Below, in pieces: positions 49,961-62,700 of a stretch of 64,000 bases of DNA. The notes below the pieces were generated by a model. The model ran no database searches. It was not told the origin of the DNA and saw nothing but the letters and a program-made list of their open reading frames with translations. Numbering within the stretch: the first letter of the stretch is position 1; every line of letters begins with the position of its first letter. Source of the DNA: Azolla caroliniana (taxonomy: Eukaryota; Plantae; Polypodiophyta); the NCBI GenBank assembly GCA_043228905.1, contig JBHGNT010000010.1, positions 13,082,001 to 13,146,000 on the forward strand. Direction: 5' to 3'. The translations under genes and the position numbers were made by a program.

Positions 49961-52468
49961 TTAAGTCGCGGAAAATTATGTGATATGTGTGTGAGAGGAA
50001 GAGAGAGAGGAAGTTACACTTCTGAATAATAAATGGGGGATGATTAATAAGTGTAGCTCAAGGAACTCTTACTTATATTAAAGAGACATCATTAAGTTAC
50101 AAAAATATCCACAATGAAGTATATATAGATCTCATGTGCGAGGGTGCACATGTGTGAGGAGAATATAGGTACAAAGGTGTAAGTTCTATATTAAATGTAC
50201 TTGGGAGTGGAGGATCTAGAATGTATCACACTTAAGTACATAATCCTATTTAAGATTTTATAGTCAACACTTCGAACTAGATTCTATATAGGTAGCTACT
50301 AAGTTACGTGGTTAACTAAATGTCTAAGCTTAGTTGAGCTTGATATCTCAACATGCCCCCTCAAGATCAAGTATGGGGGCGTCCGACATTCGATTTTGCT
50401 TTCGGCATTGTCCAACTTTCGATGTCGGCTTCTGTTCGACATTCGATATTGGCATTTCTGTGGCAGTTTCGGTTCCTCCCCCTCAAGCTTGAGATGAAGG
50501 CTTGTAGTATTAAATGGTCTAAGGCCGAGTGCTTGCATCTCGTCATCCATGGTTTCCATCCCTTGGTGGTCACGAGCCACTTCCATAAAGCTTTTAGGCT
50601 CTTGTTCGGTCGCTTCCTTCATAGAGAAGGCATAGTGATGGGCCATATACTCATTGTAGCCGAACCGAGTGACCACGTTCTTCTCTCTAGATGAGTGTCG
50701 AAGTTTTTTTTTTTCTGTCGTGAGCACCTTTTTTACACCGGGTATCTGCATAATGGGTACACCAAACTCACTATCTAGTGAGTGAGCCAACACGTCTGAA
50801 TCACTGTTGTCGGGGTGGTCGACTTCATATTCGGGCATTTTACCATTGCCTTTGTCCAAGCTGGCCCCTAGTCGAGGTATGCTTTTGGTGCTTGGAGACT
50901 CTTGTGTCTGTTCATCATGGTTGAGCTTGGACTTTCCCGTGGTACATACCGTGGCCGAATGTCATCATCCGAGTTGACTTCTAACCGTTCTCAGTCGGTT
51001 CAAATGGAGTCGAATCGGATACATACCATGATGCCGATTCGTTGAAAACTACGTCCCAACTCACCCGAACCGCTCGGGTCGAAGGTTAAAGCACTAGTAT
51101 CCCTTTTTCTCGGATGAGTATCCTACGAGGATACATTTCTCCGACTTCGCGTCGAGCTTTTGTTGATTTTCATTCAGGATGCGTACATTCGCAATGCTTC
51201 CGAATACTTTGAGATGTGGAAGGATCAACTTCCTTCCAATAAATATCTCGTATGGAGTTAACTCATGTACTCCATTAGTGGTGCACCGATTCATGAGATA
51301 CATGGTCATGGATGCCGTTTCAGCCCAATGGAAATTCGGCATGTGCTTCTCATGCAACATGGCCCGTGCTACCTCTAGTATGTGTCGATTCTTCCTTTCG
51401 GCTACTCCATTTTGTTGGGGGGTGTGTCGGCATGAAAATTCTCTTCGAAAGCCTTCACCTTGGAGGTAGGAGATGAATTCGTCGGATAAGTATTCCTTCC
51501 CTCCATCCAATCTTACACATCGAATATGCTGAGCGGTTTCTTTTTCGACTTGGCTTTTGAGCTTTTGGAAGTGAGAGAGCACTTCATTCTTCTTCTTCAT
51601 CGGGAAGGTCCACATGTAGCAAGAGTAGTTGTCGATGAAGGTGATGTAGTATCAGCATCCTCCGATGGTCGGCGTTTGAGTTAGTCCCCATACATCCGAG
51701 TGTATCACATTGAGGAGGTCTTTGCTTACATATCTCTCGTTTGGAAAGGGAAGTCGGTGTTGTTTGCCGAGTTGACATGCTTCACACACTTGGTCGACTC
51801 GTTTCAACTCAAAAGTTGGAAGTCCGATAACTACTCCCTTCGACTGCATAGCTCGGAGCCGTTGGAGGTTGATGTGGCCGATTCTCTTGTGCCACAACTC
51901 GTTGTTCGTCTCAATTTTGAGACATTTGGCACACATGGCTGATTTCACCTCATTCGAATCGAAAATGAACATTCAGCTATCTCTTCGTCCCCTAGCTACG
52001 AGTCGGCCATCTTTTTCTATAAAGCATCCTTCGTTGTTGAAATGAATTTGCATTCCTTGCTCCATGATTTTACCGACCCGAGACCAAATTCTTTGTTATT
52101 GTAGGCATGTGAAAAACATTCTTGATGCAATTGTTTTTGCCATCATTGCCGAATGGAATGTTGGTGATGTGCTGAATGTCATGATATGGCAAAACTCGAA
52201 CCCATGACCTTATATTATATAGGTCGAACTCTTGACCATTATACCATCTATTGTAATATGTAGGATATTATTTTCATTTAAGTTTTATTATAGGAAATTA
52301 ATGTATATTCCAGATTTCTCTAGAACATTCTAGAAGCTTCAGGATTACTCCTGAGAACACTATAAAAGAAGGCACTAGGCATTATGTTGAACCAAATTGG
52401 TTCAACGCCAATCTTAAGCCTCATAGCCATCTTGTACTTACTCTTCCTATAATATATCACTTGTTATC

Positions 52469-52505
<37 letters not shown>

Positions 52506-52614
52506 CATAAATAATGGCTTTCATTACGAAAGAAAAAACACCACCATGACTAACTTACAACAAACTATAGAACCCCTTCTATCTAGGGATCTAAAGAAAA
52601 CTACGACACCAAAC

Positions 52615-55600
52615 TCAATGCCACCCTACACACCAATTCAAATGACGAATATGATGATATGTGACCTTGCAGAGTTCTCTCTCTTCTTGGTTGAGATTTT
52701 GTGACTTCTCTAGCACTGTCAATTGCCACAAAAGAAGTCCTTTTAACTTAAGAACATATTTTCTCACCCCAACTTGCGAATCAAAAATGAAGGCATTCCG
52801 CATATTCCAATTGAACCATAGCCCCCAATACCTCAAGAACTCAAAAATAATTTGAAAATGAGGCATCGATTCATTGTTCTCCATATGTGTAAAAACCCAA
52901 CTGAAGGAAGATAGACTTACTCCTGTTAGAGACATCCACACTAAACTGATACACCTCCAAACCATCCTTGCCATCGGGCATGAAATAAATCGATGCCTAC
53001 TATGTTCCAATTCCACCGAACAAAAGAAACACAATCCTTTAGTAATGTTGCGTCTTTTTAATGCATCCCCTAATGGTAAAGCTCCAACCATAACTCTCCA
53101 AATAAATACCTTGGCTCGTAGCATCAATCGAGAACACCAACCTGCCTTGATCACATGAAACCACCATGTAATGGGCTTATGAAAACCCCATATCTTTATA
53201 ACCCTTTCTTCCAACCACTTATGTTTGTCAATCAACTTGTGATAAGCAACATTCGTTGAGATCATAGTCAATCTCTTATTTCCAACAAACCTCCAATCAA
53301 GCTCTTGAGATCGCCCATCTAAATCAGGAATTGGCTCATGCGAAGATAGTGTTTGTTGCAACTTATCCCAAATAAAGTTATAACCTTTTGGAATACGAAA
53401 TGTTGATCTTATTGTTCGAAAAGCCATTAATCTTCTTTGTGAAACCAACATAGCATCCTTAACTCTTACCAAACCCAATCTAGCCATCCGATTAAATTGA
53501 AGGTTAAGAATTTGTTTACCTTCCTACCTCAACAACCTTGATGTTGCCAAAATCTCCATTTTTAATGAATTGGCACATCCCCTTTCTTGTGGGGGATGCC
53601 ATTCCACAAAATCCAACATACTTTGCCAAGATGTCAACAAATGATTAACTATCATAGACCCTGTACATTTGACATCCCTGTCAAAATTAATTACATTCCA
53701 CCAATTCGCTTCATTCAACCTTCATGTTTCCAAGCTTTATTCCGTTCTTCTCTATAAAGTATGCCACCATTTCTGTCCAAGGTTGTACACCTTCAAACAT
53801 GAATCGAATGAAAGTAAATCGACGAGCCACCATATGCTCATATAGATTCAATATTGATGCCCCACCAAGAGGCTTCGGAGTACAAACATGATCCCATGCC
53901 AACCATGACAAGGCACCTTTCCCTTTTCTTTTCCATAACAACATTCGCATCGAGCGTGACAACATTTCAAGAGCTTTCTTTGACCATGGGAGCAAAGGAA
54001 GATAATAAGATACCATAGAGACCATAATCGATTGGACCACCTTAAGTCGTACATGAAAAGGCCAAAATTGAGACCTCCAATACATAAACTTATCCTCCAA
54101 CCTTTTGGATACCCACTCAATAAGTTTCACATGAGAAACTTCCACCCCAATTGGATATCCAAGATGACGACAAATCATACCACGATGTACTATCCTTCCT
54201 GACCACCCCAACCCTAACACATCTTGTTCTGTACATGAAATGAGGACAGATTTATGTATATTAATTCTCAACCCCGAAACATTTGAAAACAATTCCCACA
54301 CATCTCTTGTCTTACTAATATTTTCCCGATTAGGTGCCAAAAACATAATATGGTCATCTGCGAGAGCTTGAACAATACATGGCTTCCCTGATGGCAACCT
54401 TAGTCCAAGCAATTCTTCCCCCATAGCCATATTGTGTAACTTAACAAGAATAGGATGTGTCACAATAGTGAATAGTAAAGGACTTACCGGGCATCCTTGT
54501 CTAACTGACCTCCGAATAGAAATCGGTTGGGTTACTCCATTAAACATCACATGTGAAACCGAACCCTCCCCTAATGTGTATATCAACTTAGACATACGAT
54601 CATCAAAACCCATATGAGACATCAATTGATTTATAAATGACCAATCCACATTATCATAGGCTTTCTCGATATCCAATTGTAGCAACACTAATTCTTGTTT
54701 AGACTCCTTTGCATAGTCAATTGCCATTTGAACATTTAAAATATTATGTAAAATGTCTCTTTTTGCTAAAAACCCATATTGAGCATTATGAATAATAGAA
54801 GGTAAAACCTTATGCAACCTATTGGCCATCACTTTTGCAAAAATCTTGTACATTCCCCCCATCAATGAAATAGGCCTCCATTGAGCAAAGGAAGATGGAG
54901 AAGGCACCTTCGGCAAAAGCTTGATCAAACCAATCTTCCAAGAATGAGGCATTTCCCCTGATGTCCACACCTTCTGAAATAAAATCGTAAAAGGCCCCTT
55001 TAACTTAATCACATATTTCTTAAAGAGTTCATGTGTTAATCCATCCCACCCAGGACTCTTATCATTAGCAAGATGTGACATGACATGTTCCACCTCATCC
55101 TCTGAAATATTAGCATCTAATGATTGTGCCACATCATGCAATACATGATTTTTCACTCCATTAAAAAATACATCTCTATCCTTTTTAACATTATCATCGA
55201 TACACACTTGTACATCCAACAATTGTGTATAATATTCTATGCATTTCTTCACAATTTCTTGAGGATCGGAACACATGATACCATTTTCCTCTAACCTTAC
55301 CACATTATGTCGTGCATGTGATTCATGAAGGTCATGGAAAAACTTATGTGATTGACAATTAGCATCATCCACTTCTTGTCTTAGACGATGTAGTCTAGCA
55401 TGTTGATAATTTTTTGCCGTTGGGTCATGCATCGCAGAAATTAATACCTCTTGATATCCCATCAACTCTACATCCGTTGGCCAATAAGTTAACAATGAGT
55501 TGCATTTATCAAGCAAATTAACTAGGAGACTTAATTTCTTTCTCCTTTTAAAAGCATGGTGAATTCCATAATATCTAGTTAACCTCTGAATATTTGCAAC

Positions 55601-56445
55601 AAATACTTCCCACGCTTCATACCCATCAAATTGAACACGATAGGCAAATGCATTCAATCAATTGACACATATAGGCATGGAAGACCTCATGATCCAAAAA
55701 TGATGAATTAAAAATCAACGGTGGTTTTCCTAAAAACTCATGAAAACTTCTAATTGAGTGGTGATTGAACTCAAAAATTAATGGGAAATGATCTTATATA
55801 ATTGACCCATAAGACACTGAAATATCCAAAATCTCTAGTAAAAAACCTTTGGTATGCATTACATACATTCGATCCAACCTACTCCAAGTATCCTTATATT
55901 GAGCTGATTGAAAGGTATAACCAGGTTCATCTCCCTTGATCCATTTCCATACATCCCTTAACATGACTTCAGTCTCAAAATCTCCCCATTCTTGAGCCTC
56001 TGGTCCATCCATAATAGAGTGGATAGATGTTGATTGATCTGTCTCACAACATTAAAATCTCCCATCAATAAACCCGGTCTACCATTATGAAGCACTGAGT
56101 TTAGAGATCTCCATAACAACTTTCGTTCTTGTGACCAACTAACCAAATAGCTTGCCCTTCATAACATATCTCTACCACAATAAATCTTCCAAATTCATCT
56201 GAAACAATTACTTTTGGGTGAAATTTATCTCTTATAAACATGACAATCCCAGAATAATCCCCATGAACCTTGCCAGCATAACATAATGTATAACCCTTAG
56301 AATAACTAATTAAACCAGCATTCCGATGATCTTTATGCTCTACTACACATAAAACATCCCATTGCTCACTTAACACAATCCTCCAAACCTCATGCATTCT
56401 AAATCTAGAACACAATCCCCTCACATTCCATGTGGTGATCGTCAT
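52615..56445 (-). pseudogene. LINE ORF2: APE endonuclease, reverse transcriptase, zf-RVT (frameshifted)
   Basis: ITTWNVRGL, GDFN, SRLDR; KSPGWDG, WRPISL, LDIEKAYD, RQGCPVSP, LADD, HLGYP; KVFIWR...CFFC...H.F..C. Confidence 0.92.
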
Positions 56446-57854
56446 ACTTTATTTTTTCCTTTTATTCGAGAAATCTCCTTCTCCTTCACTGCTAATGTTT
56501 CTGCCATATCCTGAAATAAATCCCCTAAGATTGCATATGAATTACTATGGGAATGCAAAACTCCAGACCCCGATGGCTCCTCATGTGAACGAGGCACCGA
56601 TTTCCGTTTATTCCAAGGAACATACAAATTACCTTTATTATCAAAAGATAATTTCTTTGGATAGTCCTCTTGACGAGCCCATGGTTTATTCCGCGTGGGA
56701 TGTGTCGGTGTGACCTTCTCCATAGATACATTATGCCCAACATTTTTATTAGACTTCTTCATCTTTCCAGAAACTATTGACCATTGTCCTTCATCCTCTA
56801 AAGTCTTTCCATCCTTCTCATTCACAATTTGTGGTTCCTTTGTTTGCTCTAAAATTGTCAAATCTTGAATCTGATCATGAGTTGTAGGCTCTTCATGTAC
56901 CACTTCCACTACATTATTTCTTTTTTGAGGACATTCAGCCATAAAATGCCCCAACACACCACAATGGAAACAATGTCCTGCAAATGTACCCCATTTAAGC
57001 TGAAAATACATAGGTGACATACCAGAACATGCAATCTGTAAACAACTTGGCCTCTTTATAGCAGTATTCCAAAGAATACACATCCGATATCGATTTTGAG
57101 CATTAGCGCTTGGAGGCACCAAGATCTTTCCCAACTTTTCCATTGCTGACCGTAATATTGGCCAAACCACTGAATATGTGCACTCTACCTCAACCCATAC
57201 GGGACTCTCTTGCTTTAATATATCTTGGTATTCCACTAATGGTCTCCACAGAACAATATGAACCAAACTTTTCTCATAAAAAACTGGCAATTTATTGAGT
57301 AATTTCTCTTTATACTCTTGTGATACCAAAACAACCTCATAAAATCCACGAGGACCAGCATAAACATCCTGAACACAATCAGCTTGTAAAATCCCACGTA
57401 ACCATTGTTTGACCCTCCAAAGGAAAGGTATCTTTCCCGTGAAAAACAATATGACCCCTTTATCACAAAAATTAGCAAATGAGCCCAAAAACTCCTTATT
57501 GTCTATTTCTACCTTAGCCACTTCATCGTCAACAAACTCCTCAGCAACTTTCACATTCTCCCTTATACAATCTTCCATTCATATATTTGCCATGCATCTT
57601 AAATGTTCCCAATGACTATCATCTTTCTCAATATCATCTTGTCGCATTGCATCAACATAAGACATGTCATTACTATTATCTCCAATACATCGTTTTCTTT
57701 TACCATCCCCTCTTGGGCTTGATACTGATTCAACCATGCACGCATCCTTTGAAGAATTTGGAGACTCATCCATATTCATGAAAACACTACCATCCATATG
57801 ACAAGAAATAGGAGAGAGTTCACTTACAAGTAATTGTGTTGGAGAAGGAATCAA
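56442..57854 (-). pseudogene. LINE ORF1 (RRM-like region plus CCHC zinc knuckle), one in-frame stop at 57579-57581
   Basis: ORFs 57579-57854 and 56442-57578 are in the same frame; PVWV, CFHCGVLGHFMAECP. Confidence 0.85.
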
Positions 57855-59034
57855 AGCAAGCGATCATGAGATGCATGCAATCGAATAGAATTTTTACTCG
57901 TAACGTTCTACCAAGACCTCCAAATGATACGTGCAGATACTCTTTAGAAAGATCTATGTGCAGGCTTCGAAATGAGCTAAAGAACAAAGGAAACGGACAC
58001 CGTACCAAGAAGATACATCAAAATTAGTGTTTGCCCTTCTCCAACATCTCCGAACTTTGCGTTTTCTCTCTCTTTGTGTGTGTGTGTGTGTGTGTGTGTG
58101 TCTCTCTCTCTCTCTCTCTCCTCTTCTCTTTTCTCTCTCTCGGGAGTCTTACGCAGTCACGTCCTCTTAGTACTAATAGTACTTCCCTTCTTTAGTACTA
58201 ATTCTCTCTTTGTTTTAGTACTATTCCTGACACTGAATGGGATGTGTGGTGTCATCTCTCATCTCTATGTAGCCAGGTCAATCCGGGGTTCTTAAGTCAC
58301 GAAACCACTCTTGGTGTGACATCATATGATGTGAGGCGCCGGAGCTGACGAACCACACGTCGTCCGAGTTGGAGGTGCTTGTGGATCGGAGGCCATCATA
58401 GAGTTCGCTCAATTGTTGTTAAAAAATGCGTATTTTATAAATATAGTACGTTTTAGAATACCCACACGTATTCTAAACGTATTCTACCTTTTGGAATTGC
58501 CATTTTTTGTAAGCCTAAATTTGTAAATAATTTAAAAATTAATTTTCTAGGGCTTTTTTTAATAATGAAAAAAACAATTTGGGGGTTTTTGTAACGAGTG
58601 TTACAGTGTTTGCATTTTGTAGACACTAGGTTTTTACACAGGTACATGGAAGCTGCTTAAACGAAATCCAAACTGTGAAGCTATGAATCCCTTCATCTTC
58701 CTCCTCCCTTTCTTCCCTTTTAAGAGCTCAATGTACATACTACAAGTAACAAGGTATATTCTCCTTCGTTGATTTCCTTCTTTCTTCTTAAAAAATTCTT
58801 GAAATTTAACAACCTCCTAGTTTGCGGTTAACTCAAGAGAGATCAATTCTTGTCGATTGAGGGATATATTTCGGCTTGATTCTTCCTATTGGAACTTCTA
58901 TTTAGTGTGTTGAAACTTGAAAGACCTCTATCTATCGATTTTGATCTAAAAGTGAACTTATTTAGGAGAAAAATTGCTTTTTTCCTTCTCCCTACATGTA
59001 ATGAAAATTTTGAAGAGTCATCCGTCTACTAATT

Positions 59035-59703
59035 TGTTGAAATTCCGTGCTCGGCCACAACCGAGGAACAGGATCGATTCGCAGAAAACGGGAAATACAA
59101 GAATGCACGAAGAACAACAGAGAGAAGAGCACACAGGATGTTTACGTGGAAAACCCTAAATGGGAAAAAACCACGGGAGTCCTCTAACTCCAACTATCAC
59201 TATACACAGAGATGTACAATGGTGAGGCTACAAGGCAACAACCTTGAGCTCGCTGTCCTCGCCACAGGCGGCGGTATTACACAGAGGCGTCGACCTCTTC
59301 CTTCCCCTTTCTCTCTCTCACTCTCGCTCGGCTGCTCTCACTTTGCTCCCTCTTCGTGGAAAACAGAAAATGAGCAACAACATAAACTGTTTGCCCTAAG
59401 TCATATTTATACTTATATGACTTTCGGGCTATTTACAAATATAGCCTCAAGGGCTCTTGGCAAACATATTCACAAATATGTCCCCGCATCCGGATCTCCC
59501 TCCGGGTACATTCAGCATCCGGCTCCGTAGCCGGGGTATTCATCATCCGGCTCCGTAGCCGGAGTCTTCAGCATCCGGCTCGTAGCCGGGTCTTCATCCG
59601 GCTTCATGCCGGGTACCCTTCATCCTCCGGTTCCGTAACCGCAACCGGGCTTGCCGTCATTCGTATCCGGACATCCCATCCGGAGGGACCGTAAATCCCA
59701 ACA
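59035..59703 (-). repeat. 3' LTR (669 bp) with CCGG-rich U3 tandem repeats
   Basis: TGTTG...CAACA termini; 59035-59213 appears identical to 63822-64000. Confidence 0.95.
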
Positions 59704-59713
59704 AACTCCCCCT

Positions 59714-62700
59714 TCACTTCGGCATGGGATGTCTCTCCAATCCGATCCTCTTCCGGCATGCTTCCAGCTTGTCGGGTGTAAGTACCTTGGTCAGCATATC
59801 CGACCCGTTCTCGTCCGTGTGGATCTTCGTCAGCACGAACTCCTTGTCTTCTATCCTTTCCCGGATCCAGTGATATCTTCGCTGGATGTGCTTCGTCCGG
59901 GAGTGATAGGCCGCGTTCTTCGCAAGGTGGATGGCACTCTGACTGTCGCAGTAGAGTCGGTACTCCTCTTGCCGGATACCGAGCTCTCTAATGAAGTCCT
60001 TCATCCATATTATTTCCTTGCCGGCTTCAACAGCCGCCATGTACTCCGCCTCCGTGGTTGACAACGCAACCGTCTTCTGCAGCCTCGACTGCCACGAAAC
60101 AGCTCCCCCTGCATACGTCATCACATACCCTGATGTGGACCGGCTGGTATCTGCATCAGCCGACATATCAGAATCAGTAAAGCCTTCGAGTTCGGGCTTA
60201 CCGGAGCCGAATCGGAGGCACACGTTTGCCGTGCCTTTCAGGTATCGGAGTATCCACTTGACCGCGTTCCAGTGCTCTTTGCCGGGATTGCTCATGTACC
60301 GGCTCACCACTCCGACTGCATATCCTATGTCCGGTCTCGTACACACCATGGCGTACATCAAGCTCCCGACGGCTGAGGCATACGGCACTTCCATCATATC
60401 CTCCTTTTCAGCCTTTGTCTTGGGACTTTGCTTGCTGGTCAGCTTGCAGTTTGCCGGGAGGGTCGATCCGACCGGTCTTGCTTCCGACATGTTGAACCGT
60501 TGAAGCACCTTTGTCACGTACTTCTCCTGTGACAGCCACAACTGCTTCTTCTTCCGGTCCCGGATGATGTGCATCCCTAGTATTTGCCTCGCCGGACCCA
60601 GGTCCTTCATTGAGAAGGTTCGGTGAAGAGCCTTCTTCAGCATCCGTATCTTGACCTGGTCCCGTCCGACGATCAACATGTCGTCCACGTACAGGAGGAG
60701 TATTAGGAAGTCTCCTCCTTCAAACTTCTTCACAAACACGCAGTGGTCGGACTGCGTTTTGAGGTACCCTTCGTCGGTCATGAAGGAGTCAAACTTCCGG
60801 TACCATTGCCGGGGAGCCTGCTTCAGTCCGTAAAGGCTCTTCTTCAACCGGCATACCAGGTGCTCCTTCCCTTTCTTCTCGAATCCTTCCGGTTGCTGCA
60901 TGTAGATTTCTTCTTCGAGGTCACCGTGAAGGAATGCTGTCTTCACGTCCATCTGTTCTACCTCGAGGTCCATGCTTGCCGCTATGCTCAGCACCGTCCG
61001 GATGGAGGTCATCTTCACTACCGGGGCAAATATCTCGTCGAAGTCGACGCCCTTCTTTTGCTGGAACCCCTTCACCACGATCCTGGCTTTGTATCTCGTG
61101 GGGTTTCCGGCCTCTCCCGGTTTCAGCTTGAACACCCACTTGTTTCGAAGTGCCCGCTTTCCTTTCGGCAACTCCACAAGTTCATATGTGTGGTTCTCAT
61201 GCAGGGAATCCATCTCGTCCTGCATGGCACTCAACCACCTGCGGCTCTGGGTGTCATGCTTTGCTTCTTCAAAGCTCTCCGGCTCCCCTTCGTCGGTTAG
61301 CAGCACGTGCTCTGGTTCCGGAAATCTCCGGGGGGCTCTCCTCTCTCTTAGAGGATATCTCCGTTCGGGAGCTTCGGTAACCGGTTCTTCCGATTCTTCT
61401 TCTTCATCCGAATCCATTTCGGGATCGGGGCCGGTTCCGGTATCATTTTCATCTTCTTCGGCCGGTTCTGTTTCTTCACCGTCTTCGGCCGGATCCTCGA
61501 GTGTTAACCGGTCCCTTGCCGGTCGGGACTGCTCCTCGTAGAGTTGATCCTCACCGATCGACTTGGAGCTCTTCATCTTCTTCTCCGACTCCCAGTCGGC
61601 GAGTGTCTTGTCCTCCATGAAGATGATGTCTCGACTCCTGAATATCTTCTTGTCGACCGGGTCCCATACTCGGTAGCCGAACTCGTCGTCGCCGTAACCG
61701 AGGAATATGCATGGCCGGGTCTTAGGATCTAGCTTTCCTCTCCGGTCCTTTGCCACATGCACGTATGCGAGACACCCGAACACCTTCAGATGCCGGTAGG
61801 ACACTTCCTTACCGGTCCACACTCTCTGCGGCGTGTCTCCGTCCAAAGGAACTGAGGGTGATCTGTTTATCACATATGTCGCCGTCGACATTGCCTCAGC
61901 CCAAAACCCCTTGGGTAATTTCGCATGCGCCAGCATACTCCGGACCCGCTCCATTATGGTCCGGTTCATCCTCTCGGCCAGCCCGTTCAGTTCCGGCGTC
62001 TTCGGCACAGTAAACTCGAGCCGGATTCCCTTCGAGCGACAGTACTCCTGGAACTGCCCCCGGTATTCCCCTCCGTTATCCGCTCGTATCGCTTTCAGCT
62101 TCTTGCCGGATTCCCTTTCCACTCTCGCGTGGAGTTCTTTGAAGACGGACAACACTTGGTCCTTTGTCTTCAACGGTGCCGTCCACAGCTTCCGGCTGTG
62201 ATCATCAATGAATGTCACGAAGTACTGGGCTCCGCCATGTGACTTCGTTTCTACCTGACACACATCAGTGTGCACTAACTCCAATGGTGCGCTACGTCTC
62301 GTCGGTGGCCTTGAGTGGAAGGAGGTTCGGTTTTGCTTACCGGCCAGGCAGTCGGTGCACTTCTCCAGGTGCACATGCTTCACTGGAATAAGGTTGTCTT
62401 CTGCAAGCCTCTTCATCCCCTTCTCACTCATGTGGCACAGTCGCTTGTGCCACAGCTCACCGGCAGCGACGGCTGCCACGTTCAGCTCCTCCGGACATAG
62501 CCGGGAATTCATCAGGTACAGAGTGTTGACCTTCCGGGCCCGAGCCACTATCAGGCTCCCCTTGCTGAACTTCATGACACCGTCCCGGATGCTACCCGTG
62601 TAGCCTTCATCATCTAGCCTCCCGGCCGAGATCAGGTTCAATCGGACCTCCGGAACGTGTCGCACATTCTTCAGCAGCAGCTTGCATCCGGTTGATGTCA

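Larger units (their letters stand above)
52501..58062 (-). mobile_element. Apparently full-length L1-clade LINE inserted in a (CT)n microsatellite
   Basis: ORF1 and ORF2, short A tail at 52501-52505, (CT)n/(GT)n on both flanks. Confidence 0.92.
52177..58232 (+). repeat. Solo LTR (~500 bp; 52177-52500 plus ~58060-58232) split by an L1 LINE
   Basis: TGTCA...TGACA termini with perfect TSD CTGAA (52172-52176 and 58233-58237); TATA CTATAAAA near 52360. Confidence 0.85.
49960..58405 (-). mobile_element. Decayed Ty1/copia element C (RT/RH deleted, 5' end lost); hosts a solo LTR and a LINE
   Basis: PR DVWFV.SGASHHM 58238-58380, GAG-pre-INT and INT 52176-51060, RT start fused to RNase H end near 50525, PPT GAGGGGGCA then LTR TGTTGAGATATC from 50353. 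Confidence 0.85.

Noticed and set aside
58447-58481. Hairpin TACGTTTTAGAATAC/GTATTCTAAACGTA as a Helitron or MITE end
   Set aside because: AT-rich, with no CTRR terminus or partner end visible.
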